Source: an uncultured Micavibrio sp.
GTDB lineage: Bacteria; Patescibacteriota; Minisyncoccia; Moranbacterales; GCA-2747515
DNA: 64,000 nt
Reading direction: 5' to 3'
Assembly (NCBI GenBank): GCA_964534895.1
Contig: CAZHQB010000001.1
Location: 561 to 64,560 of the forward strand
Shown: in pieces, positions 24,126 to 32,285 of the stretch
Layout of the letters: the number at the start of each line of letters is the position of its first letter
Numbering within the stretch: the stretch's first letter is position 1
Notes under the pieces: generated by a model
The model's input: only the letters and a program-made list of their open reading frames with translations
What the model was told of the DNA's origin: nothing
Databases searched by the model: none
Position numbers and translations under genes: made by a program

Positions 24126-25387
24126 TGAGTTTTTTTGATAAATTTAAAAAAGAACATAATAAAGCGGAATATTATTTAGCACTCGATGTTGGTACAGAGA
24201 TGGTAAAGTCTTTGGTATTCAAGTTAGATAAAGAAGATAAAAAGGGTGTGGTAGTTGGTGTGGGAAGGCAAAAACAAAAAAGAGGTAATATGCAAAGTGG
24301 TGCAATTTCTAATATAAATGGTGTGATTGATGCGTGTAATCAGGCAATAAGTGAAGCTAAGCAAATAGCTGGCATAGAAGAGGTTACGCATGCTGTTATG
24401 GGTGTTGCTGGTGAATTAGTGAAAGGGACGACAACGACAGTACATTATGAGAGAGCAAATCCAGCAGACCGTATTAATTTACCTGAGCTTAAAGATATCA
24501 TTCAAAGAGTTCAATGGAAGGCTTTTGAGAGAATTAAGGAACAAATGGAATGGGAGCTTGGACGTAGTGTGGATGTAAAATTAATTAATGCAGCAATTGT
24601 GGATGTACGAATTGATGGATATAGGGTTACAAATCCGCTTAATTTTCAAGGAAAGAGTTTGTCAATTAGTGTGTTTAATGCATATGCACCACTTATGCAT
24701 TTAGGCGCAGTTGATATGATTGCGGAAGAATTACAACTTGATCTTATACGTATTGCTGCTGAACCTTATGCTGTCTCAGCTTCTGTTGGGTATGAAGATA
24801 TTTTAGATTTTAGTGGTATATTTATTGATATTGGTGGTGGTACTACAGATATTGCAGTTGTGCGCAATGGTGGGCTTGAAGGTACAAAAATGTTCGCTCT
24901 AGGAGGTCGTGCGTTTACTAAGAGATTGTCACAGTCTTTGCGTGTTTCATTTGATGAGGCAGAAGTTCTTAAGATGAAATACTCATATGGAAAATTACCT
25001 CAAAATGTATCAGAACAATTTGCAAGAGTGCTTACTAAAGATGGTAAAGTATGGCTTGGAGGTGTTGAGTTATCACTTATGGAATTCGCTGAAAAAGATT
25101 TGTTACCATCGAGTATATATTTGTGTGGTGGTGGGAGCGCCCTTCCTGAAATTGGCAATGTGCTTATGGATGGAGAGTGGACTAAACAATTACCATTTAC
25201 AAAAATGCCAAGTGTAAATTTTTTACAACCAAAAGATGTTATTAATATAATTGATAGAACAAATGAATTGACTAGTCCACAGGATGTAACGCCTATGGCA
25301 TTAGCAAATTTAATTGTAGAAATGTCAACAAAAGAAAAAACAATGTCACAAATTTTACATCGTGCCATGCGAGATGTTCAAAAATAA
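24122..25387 (+). CDS. Divergent FtsA-like actin-fold ATPase
   Basis: Phosphate-1 ALDVGT, phosphate-2 IDIGGGTTD, adenosine LCGGGS, 1C-like insert VRIDGYRVTNP; no ftsZ follows. Confidence 0.85.
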   Translation: MMSFFDKFKKEHNKAEYYLALDVGTEMVKSLVFKLDKEDKKGVVVGVGRQKQKRGNMQSGAISNINGVIDACNQAISEAKQIAGIEEVTHAVMGVAGELVKGTTTTVHYERANPADRINLPELKDIIQRVQWKAFERIKEQMEWELGRSVDVKLINAAIVDVRIDGYRVTNPLNFQGKSLSISVFNAYAPLMHLGAVDMIAEELQLDLIRIAAEPYAVSASVGYEDILDFSGIFIDIGGGTTDIAVVRNGGLEGTKMFALGGRAFTKRLSQSLRVSFDEAEVLKMKYSYGKLPQNVSEQFARVLTKDGKVWLGGVELSLMEFAEKDLLPSSIYLCGGGSALPEIGNVLMDGEWTKQLPFTKMPSVNFLQPKDVINIIDRTNELTSPQDVTPMALANLIVEMSTKEKTMSQILHRAMRDVQK

Positions 25388-25396
25388 TATTAATTT

Positions 25397-27391
25397 ATGA
25401 TGAATCAACAAAAAATATACATAGATGTGGATGAGGAAATTACTACAGTAATTGATCGTATTTATCGTGTGAATGGGAATGATATTGCAATCATTGTGCC
25501 ACAACATGCTTTGCTTTTGCAAAGTGTTGTAAATTTAAAATTACTTGCACAAGAAGCAAAAAAATATAACAAAAATATCATACTCATGACAAGAGATGAA
25601 GATGGGATTGTATTTGCACAACGTGCTGGTATTGCAATTCAACCTTTTATTGCGAAGGAAGATGAAGGTGAAATTGAAAATTCTGTGTCATTGATACAAT
25701 CAGAAAAAAAATCTATTCCAAAATATGCTCAGAAGATTATGACAGAAAAAACTCATCAGAGAACAAACATGGATATGGGTTCTCAATCATTTTTTGTTGA
25801 CGATAATGCACAAGGTGCAAGTATTGCAGGCATACATAAACTTCAGAAATCTAATGATGTTATAAAACGAGGGTATGGGTTTAGTGGACATGAGCAAGGA
25901 TCTTATATAAATTCTGTGAAGCAAACAGAAAAAAAACAAGATGTGCATAATGAAAATAATATGCAACAATATGTGTCTAAAAAACAGGTTATCAAAAATG
26001 ATGTTGTACCACACAAATATCAACAAGAACGTCAGGTTAGATATCAAACACAAGGACAAAATGAAGAGGTTGCACATCTAGATGAATACGAACAATCATT
26101 ACGTAAAGCTCAATTATCTAATAGAGTCACAAATAGTATTCATTCACAACAGAGAAAAACTTTACAACAAATTGAAAAGTCACAAAAATTACGAAAGTTA
26201 AAAAAACATGATAAGGTAGCTTTCTCGTCCACAACAGGTACTGTTGTTAAAAGTTTTATTTTTTTTGGTATTGCATTGATCATATTTATTTTGTTGGTTA
26301 TTTTGTTACCAAAAACAAAAATTTCTGCAGAAGCAAAACATATTAAAATTGATGAAAAAATGGAATTAACAGCACAAACAGACCAAGGCGTGTATGATGC
26401 TGAAAGGCGATTACTTCCGGCACGACTTATTGAGCGTGATGTAACATTTACAAAAACATTTAATGCAACTGGAAGTGGTGATGTGAGTGCACAAAAAGCA
26501 CAGGGTAAAATTACAATTTTTAATGAATATAGTGATAAACAACAACCGCTTGTTGCAACTACAAGATTTTTAGCACAAGATGGTACTCTTTTTCGATTAG
26601 TAAACCAAATTGTAGTTCCTGGAATGACAGATGGTAAACCTGGTAAAATAGAGGCATTGGTTATTGCTGATAAGCCAGGTGCTAAAGGTAACCTTGGTCC
26701 AACAAAATTTTCGATACCTGGATTTGAGGGTGGACCAAAAAAAAATAAGTTTTACGCAGTTAGTGAAAAGGCTATGACTGGTGGAGGGACTGGAGGAGTT
26801 GGTGTTGCTGTAGTAACTGAAACAGATATAAAAAAAGCACAAGAGGAGATGGCAAGTGAATCGAATCAATATGTTATGGAACAAATAACAGGATTATTAC
26901 GTCCAGATAATGAAGTATTAATAGATAAAAATGTTATGCAAAAAGTGATTAATTCTGAAGCAAACGTAAGTGCGGGAACAATGGCAAAACAGTTTATGTA
27001 TGAAATGGTAGTGCATGTGAAGGCGTTAGTTTTTTCAGAGGATGATGTTTTAGCTATTATGGAGTCAAATTTAGTGAAAAAATATCACCAATATGATTCA
27101 AATAAAGTTAATGTGGAAATGAGATATAAAGATGTTGTGCCTAATTTTGAAAAAGAATCAATAAATATGGTGGCACAGGGAATAGCTGATATCGTGGCAA
27201 CTGTAGATGTGACAACTTTTAAAAAGGATATTATTGGCAAAAAACATAAAGAGATATTAAAAATTATGGAAGATAACTATGGGGATGAGATAGAAAAAAT
27301 TACTATAGAAAGTGTATTTCCTAGATTTCCGGAATTTATAGCAAATCGTGTGTCACGATTTGGTTTTATGACAGATATATTTGTAAAGTAA
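25397..27391 (+). CDS. Single-pass membrane protein with baseplate-J/gp47-like outer domain
   Basis: N-domain IYIDVDEEIT..LLLQSVVNLKLL, Q-rich linker, TM FIFFGIALIIFILLVILL, then AQGKITIFNE..TRF..VIADKPGAKGN..MTGG. Confidence 0.65.
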   Translation: MMNQQKIYIDVDEEITTVIDRIYRVNGNDIAIIVPQHALLLQSVVNLKLLAQEAKKYNKNIILMTRDEDGIVFAQRAGIAIQPFIAKEDEGEIENSVSLIQSEKKSIPKYAQKIMTEKTHQRTNMDMGSQSFFVDDNAQGASIAGIHKLQKSNDVIKRGYGFSGHEQGSYINSVKQTEKKQDVHNENNMQQYVSKKQVIKNDVVPHKYQQERQVRYQTQGQNEEVAHLDEYEQSLRKAQLSNRVTNSIHSQQRKTLQQIEKSQKLRKLKKHDKVAFSSTTGTVVKSFIFFGIALIIFILLVILLPKTKISAEAKHIKIDEKMELTAQTDQGVYDAERRLLPARLIERDVTFTKTFNATGSGDVSAQKAQGKITIFNEYSDKQQPLVATTRFLAQDGTLFRLVNQIVVPGMTDGKPGKIEALVIADKPGAKGNLGPTKFSIPGFEGGPKKNKFYAVSEKAMTGGGTGGVGVAVVTETDIKKAQEEMASESNQYVMEQITGLLRPDNEVLIDKNVMQKVINSEANVSAGTMAKQFMYEMVVHVKALVFSEDDVLAIMESNLVKKYHQYDSNKVNVEMRYKDVVPNFEKESINMVAQGIADIVATVDVTTFKKDIIGKKHKEILKIMEDNYGDEIEKITIESVFPRFPEFIANRVSRFGFMTDIFVK

Positions 27392-27419
27392 AAAATAATG
27401 AGGTGAGAGGTGTAAGCCC

Positions 27420-27447
27420 TTGACAATATTTTATTATTTGGTAATAT
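27420..27447 (+). promoter_or_regulatory. Promoter of infA-rpmJ-alpha operon
   Basis: TTGACA-16 nt-TAATAT with an extended TG. Confidence 0.55.
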
Positions 27448-27604
27448 AGATATTACATGTTCAGAAAAAATATAATATACAAATGTGAAGAGGTTCTCCT
27501 GTAGTAGATAGTCAAGATTTAGGAATGAATTTATAGTGTGGATAACACCCTCTTGTTTTTATATGTGTATATGTAATTTCTAGAATATTTTATATAGTCT
27601 ATGT

Positions 27605-27820
27605 ATGGCAAAAAAGGATACAATTAAATTGGAAGGTGTGGTAATAGAAACGTTACCAAGTACAACATTTCGTGTTGAGTTGGATAATGGTCATGAAATA
27701 TTGGCACATATTTCTGGTAAGATGCGTGTGCATTATATTAGATTGTTGCCAGGTGATCGTGTATTAGTAGAGATAAGTCCATATGATTTGACGAAAGGTA
27801 GAATTACACAGAGATTGTAA
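27605..27820 (+). CDS. infA: Translation initiation factor IF-1
   Basis: [19 protein letters not shown]. Confidence 0.98.
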   Translation: MAKKDTIKLEGVVIETLPSTTFRVELDNGHEILAHISGKMRVHYIRLLPGDRVLVEISPYDLTKGRITQRL

Positions 27821-27878
27821 ATCAAGTTATGAATTGGATTTTGAGTGAGATTTTTATTAATTTTGTAAAAGTATAGAA

Positions 27879-27992
27879 ATGAAAGTTCGTGCCTCAGCAA
27901 AGAAAATATGTAAACAATGTAAGATAGTTCGTCGTCATGGGCGGGTTTATGTTATCTGTATTAACAAAAAACATAAGCAACGTCAGGGCTAA
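27879..27992 (+). CDS. rpmJ: 50S ribosomal protein L36 (not in ORF track)
   Basis: [37 protein letters not shown]; zinc-binding form. Confidence 0.97.
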   Translation: MKVRASAKKICKQCKIVRRHGRVYVICINKKHKQRQG

Positions 27993-28113
27993 AATCAATG
28001 TGGTTGACGTATTTTTGCGTCGGGTGCAAATAAATTTGATATCAGTGTATAAAAATTACGCTTTAATCATTTATTAGCGCTTTCTTGGAACTGCATCAAC
28101 CACATTGATTTTA
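27990..28113. repeat. Long hairpin / MITE-like element with 18-bp perfect inverted ends
   Basis: TAAAATCAATGTGGTTGA (27990-28007) / TCAACCACATTGATTTTA (28096-28113); the interior also pairs (AGTGTA/TACGCT). Confidence 0.8.
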
Positions 28114-28165
28114 TAAAATAATATAGAGTATTATAAAATTTTTTTAAATTTAAAATTATTTAATT

Positions 28166-28555
28166 ATGATTCGTATTGCAGGTATTAATATTCCAGATGA
28201 AAAATGTATTGATGTGTCGTTGACATATATTTTTGGTATTGGTCTATCCACTAGTAGAGAAATTCTTAAGAGTTTAAAAATTGATCCAACTACTAGAACG
28301 AAGGATATTACTCAAGAGAATGCAAATCAGTTACGTGAAATCATTGAAAATGATAATAAGGTTGAGGGAGAATTGCGGCATGAACGTAAAATGAATGTGA
28401 GGCGATTAAAGGAAATAGGTTGTTATCGAGGTACACGACATCAAAGAGGATTGCCAGTACGAGGACAACGTACAAAAACAAATAATCGAACAGTTCGTGG
28501 CAATAAACGTATGACAGCAGGGAGCGGAAGAGCAAATGCTGCATCAAAGACATAG
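28166..28555 (+). CDS. rpsM: 30S ribosomal protein S13
   Basis: MIRIAGINIP, GLPVRGQRTKTN. Confidence 0.98.
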   Translation: MIRIAGINIPDEKCIDVSLTYIFGIGLSTSREILKSLKIDPTTRTKDITQENANQLREIIENDNKVEGELRHERKMNVRRLKEIGCYRGTRHQRGLPVRGQRTKTNNRTVRGNKRMTAGSGRANAASKT

Positions 28556-28607
28556 GAATTTTTTAGAGTTTAATAATATTTTTGTAAAAGAATTTATATA
28601 CAGTATC

Positions 28608-29108
28608 ATGAGTGATAAAATGAGTAAAAAAGAAGAAAAAGGGGTAGTTGTAGAAGAAATAAAGAAATCAGCGGAAACGAAATCTGCTGGTGGGAGTGTG
28701 CTGTCTAGTGGTAAAGAAAATAGAGAACCTATTAAAAAAAATAGAAATAAAAATAATAGGCAAATCCGTAAAGGTCAAGCACATATTCAGTCTACTTATA
28801 ATAATACAATTGTGACAATTACAGACCTTAACGGTGCGGTTTTGGGTTGGTCAAGTGCAGGAGTCATTGGATTTAAGGGTGCAAAAAAATCAACACCATA
28901 TGCAGCAGCGCAGATTGTAAATGCTGTTGTAGAAAAGGTGCAAAAAAATAATATTAAAGAATTACAGGTATTTGTAAAAGGTGTTGGAGGTGGACGTGAT
29001 GCTGCAATTAGGACGCTTGCTGCAAAAGGATTTGAAATTAGTTTGATTAAAGATATTACGCCAATAGCACATAATGGGTGCAGACGTCGTAAACCACGTC
29101 GCGTATAA
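28608..29108 (+). CDS. rpsK: 30S ribosomal protein S11 with N-terminal extension
   Basis: STYNNTIVT, KKSTPYAA, HNGCRRRKPRRV. Start 28608 or 28620. Confidence 0.96.
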   Translation: MSDKMSKKEEKGVVVEEIKKSAETKSAGGSVLSSGKENREPIKKNRNKNNRQIRKGQAHIQSTYNNTIVTITDLNGAVLGWSSAGVIGFKGAKKSTPYAAAQIVNAVVEKVQKNNIKELQVFVKGVGGGRDAAIRTLAAKGFEISLIKDITPIAHNGCRRRKPRRV

Positions 29109-29143
29109 TAAATTAATAATTACATTATAATTATAAGTAGAAT

Positions 29144-29764
29144 ATGGCTCGATATACAGGACCAAAAGCAAAAATTTGTCGTCGATTTGGCGAAAATATA
29201 TATGGTACAGAAAAATATGATAGAATTTTATCACGAAAAAATTATGCGCCTGGTGTGCATGGTAAAAATTTTTCACGTAATAAAAGTGAATATGGCAAGC
29301 AACTCGTGATGAAACAAAAAGCCAAATATATTTATGGTATTTTGGAAAAACAATTTCGTAAACATTATGAGGATGTAAAAAATCGTCCAGGTGTTACGGG
29401 TAATTTACTTTTAGCTAGATTAGAACAACGATTGGATAATGTTGTGTATCGTTTGGGATTTGCTCAGACGCGACCTCAGGCAAGGCAAATTGTGAATCAT
29501 TCTATGATTTATGTAAATGGGAAAAAAATGTCAATTCCTTCTTATGAAGTAAAAGTTGGTGATGAAATTACAATTAATCCAGCAAAGAAAAAAAATGGTT
29601 ACTTTAAAAATCAAGAGCAATATATTAAAAATAGAAAACATGTTGTTAGTTGGTTGAGTTTGGATCAAAAAAATATGAGTGGAAAAATAGTTTCACTTCC
29701 AAAACGTGATAATTTTGATGCAAATATTAATGCACAGATTATAGTTGAATTTTACTCAAAATAG
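29144..29764 (+). CDS. rpsD: 30S ribosomal protein S4
   Basis: MARYTGP, LEQRLDNVVYRLG, IVEFYSK. Confidence 0.98.
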   Translation: MARYTGPKAKICRRFGENIYGTEKYDRILSRKNYAPGVHGKNFSRNKSEYGKQLVMKQKAKYIYGILEKQFRKHYEDVKNRPGVTGNLLLARLEQRLDNVVYRLGFAQTRPQARQIVNHSMIYVNGKKMSIPSYEVKVGDEITINPAKKKNGYFKNQEQYIKNRKHVVSWLSLDQKNMSGKIVSLPKRDNFDANINAQIIVEFYSK

Positions 29765-29799
29765 TATTTTTTATAATTTATTTATTTTAATAAAAAAAT

Positions 29800-30543
29800 A
29801 TGTCAATAATATCAATACCAGAGGCGTCACAGTACAAGGAAGGTAAAAACAATACGGGGACCATTGAGATTCCTGCTTGTTTTCCTGGATATGGTACAAC
29901 AATCGGAAATGCAATTCGTAGGGTGCTACTTTCTTCGTTAGAAGGTTCTGCTATTACATCTGTTAAAATTAAAGGTGTGTCGCATGAATTTTCAGCAATT
30001 GATGGTGTAATGGAAGATGTTGTGCAAATTATTTTAAATCTGAAGCAAGTGCGTTTTCGTATGTATACAGATGATAAAGTGATAGTATCTCTTAAGGCAA
30101 AAGGAGAAAAAGAGGTAACGGCAGCAGATATTAAAACTTCTGCTGATGTTGATATTGTCGATGGATCACAAGTAATTGCTACACTTACAGATAAAAAGGC
30201 TACTCTTGAAATGGAATTGACAATTGAAAAAGGAATCGGTTATATTCCTTCTGATAAACAGACGAATCGTGAAAAAGAGCTTGGGTCAATTGTTATTGAT
30301 GCTGTGTACACTCCGGTAAAACGTGTAAATTATAATGTTGAAAATATGCGTGTCGGAAAACGAACAGATTATGATAAAGTCACTTTAGAAATTGTAACAG
30401 ACGGGAGCATTACTCCGCAGGAGGCATTTGACAGGAGCGTGGATATTTTAGTGGAACAATTTAGTGCATTGTCTGGAGGTTCTCCTGTAGTTAAAAAAGA
30501 ACTAGAGGAAATTGAAAAGGCGGAAGATGAAAAAGAAGAATAA
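29800..30543 (+). CDS. rpoA: RNA polymerase alpha subunit, NTD only
   Basis: GYGTTIGNAIRRVLLSS, HEFS, DAVYTPV; ends in a short acidic tail at 247 aa. Confidence 0.96.
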   Translation: MSIISIPEASQYKEGKNNTGTIEIPACFPGYGTTIGNAIRRVLLSSLEGSAITSVKIKGVSHEFSAIDGVMEDVVQIILNLKQVRFRMYTDDKVIVSLKAKGEKEVTAADIKTSADVDIVDGSQVIATLTDKKATLEMELTIEKGIGYIPSDKQTNREKELGSIVIDAVYTPVKRVNYNVENMRVGKRTDYDKVTLEIVTDGSITPQEAFDRSVDILVEQFSALSGGSPVVKKELEEIEKAEDEKEE

Positions 30544-30562
30544 ATAAATTTTAAGAATTTTT

Positions 30563-31027
30563 ATGAAACACTGTAAAACAGGAAGACAATTTGGACGGGT
30601 GCGTTCGCAAAGAAAAGCACTTCTTAATTCGCTTTTAAATAGCTTGATTATTTATGGTCGTATTGAGACAACTGAAGCAAAAGCAAAAGAATCAAAAAGT
30701 GCTATTGACAAAGTAATTACAAAAGTGAAACGAGCTAATGGCTCAAAAGTAGAAATCATACGTAAAGTAGAAGGTCAGTTATCAAAAGAGGCTATTAGTA
30801 TTTTAATAAAAAATATTGACAAATTTGATGGTCGTAATAGTGGATATGCGCGTGTTGTTAAACTTTCACCAAGAAGAAGTGATAGTGCACATATGGCAAT
30901 TATTGAATTGGTTGATTTTACACGGGATGATAATATGACTGGGGTTAATGCAAAGTCAGTTGCTATCAAATCAGAGAATAAAGAAGAAATGAAGCAAAAG
31001 CAAAACGATGAGGAATCATCAAAGTAA
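30563..31027 (+). CDS. rplQ: 50S ribosomal protein L17
   Basis: IETTEAKAKE, GRNSGYARVVK, AIIELV; C-terminal extension. Confidence 0.96.
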   Translation: MKHCKTGRQFGRVRSQRKALLNSLLNSLIIYGRIETTEAKAKESKSAIDKVITKVKRANGSKVEIIRKVEGQLSKEAISILIKNIDKFDGRNSGYARVVKLSPRRSDSAHMAIIELVDFTRDDNMTGVNAKSVAIKSENKEEMKQKQNDEESSK

Positions 31028-31049
31028 ATAATAAGTTTTGATTAAAATC

Positions 31050-31439
31050 ATGGAACGACAATATCATTTATTTGACGCAAAGAATTATGTCCTTGGGAGA
31101 CTTTCGACAGAAATTGCAAAAATTTTATCTGGCAAAAATAAAGTTAACTATACACCAAATATTGACGGGGGTGATGGAGTAGTTGTCATAAATGCAGAAA
31201 AAATTAATTTGACAGGTAATAAAGAAAATGACAAAAAATATTATAGTCATTCAGGCTATATGGGAGGCATTAACGAAACAACTGTAAAAGAACTGAGAAA
31301 AAATAACCCAGAAGAAATATTACGTAAGGCAGTTGTGGGTATGTTACCAAAAAATAAACTTGGTAGCCAAATGCAGAAACGATTGTTTATTTATGTTGGA
31401 GAAAAACATAACAAAAACATTAATATTACACATAAATGA
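31050..31439 (+). CDS. rplM: 50S ribosomal protein L13
   Basis: LGRLST, YTPNIDGGD, HSGYMGG, GMLPKN. Confidence 0.97.
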   Translation: MERQYHLFDAKNYVLGRLSTEIAKILSGKNKVNYTPNIDGGDGVVVINAEKINLTGNKENDKKYYSHSGYMGGINETTVKELRKNNPEEILRKAVVGMLPKNKLGSQMQKRLFIYVGEKHNKNINITHK

Positions 31440-31506
31440 TATATGAAATAATTGATATTTTAAAATCTACTGTTGTTCTTGAAAAAGAGTTATAGTAAGA
31501 TAAATA

Positions 31507-31965
31507 ATGAATATGGTAACAAAAGAGCAATCAAAAAAAACTGATAATAAATTTTTTATTGGAAAATACTACTATGGTGTTGGACGTCGTAAAACTGCTG
31601 TTGCACAAGTACGTATTTATTGTGGGAATAAAGATTCTATTGATGAAACAGGACTTGTTGTGAATGGTAAGAAATATACAGAGTATTTTCATACTAATTC
31701 ACAAAAAGATTTGTTTTTAGAGCCTCTTAAAGTAGTCGGATTTACTGAAAAATGTGCAGTGTCTGTGCTTGTAAAAGGTAGTGGCATTGCTTCTCAAGCT
31801 GATGCTGCAAAATTAGGGATTGCTAGAGCTCTTGTAAAATATGATGAAACATTCAGACCTATTTTAAAGGCAAATGGTTTGTTAACAAGGGATGCACGTA
31901 AAGTTGAACGTAAGAAACCAGGGCTCAGAAAGGCACGACGTTCACCACAGTGGAGTAAGCGATAA
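31507..31965 (+). CDS. rpsI: 30S ribosomal protein S9
   Basis: GRRKTAVA, LTRDARKVERKKPG, QWSKR. Confidence 0.98.
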   Translation: MNMVTKEQSKKTDNKFFIGKYYYGVGRRKTAVAQVRIYCGNKDSIDETGLVVNGKKYTEYFHTNSQKDLFLEPLKVVGFTEKCAVSVLVKGSGIASQADAAKLGIARALVKYDETFRPILKANGLLTRDARKVERKKPGLRKARRSPQWSKR

Positions 31966-31976
31966 AAAAGTATTTA

Positions 31977-32005
31977 TTGACTTTTTATCTATGGGGTGAT
32001 ATTAT
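31977..32005 (+). promoter_or_regulatory. Promoter of secG
   Basis: TTGACT-17 nt-TATTAT with an extended TG. Confidence 0.55.
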
Positions 32006-32034
32006 TTTGCAGAGGTATTTATTAATGAAAAAAA

Positions 32035-32253
32035 ATGAAAATATTACTTATAATACAAGCAGTTATTTCTATATTACTTACTATTGTAATTTTAATGCAA
32101 AATAGAGGAGAAGGCCTGGGTGTTATAGGTGGTGATTTTAGTGGATCATATCATACCAAACGTGGTTTTGAAAAATTTCTTACACGGTCAACTGTAGTGC
32201 TTGCGATATTGTTTATAGGAGTTGCATTGGCAACAGTAAAAATAGGTTTTTGA
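32035..32253 (+). CDS. secG: Preprotein translocase SecG
   Basis: ILMQNRGEGLG...TKRGFEKFL; two TM helices. Confidence 0.93.
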   Translation: MKILLIIQAVISILLTIVILMQNRGEGLGVIGGDFSGSYHTKRGFEKFLTRSTVVLAILFIGVALATVKIGF

Positions 32254-32285
32254 AAAAAGTTTTCAGAAATTATAATATGTAATAT

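Noticed and set aside
25397-27391. Prophage or contractile injection system suggested by the baseplate-like domain
   Set aside because: No sheath, tube, capsid, terminase or integrase nearby; the protein has a TM helix and a housekeeping context.
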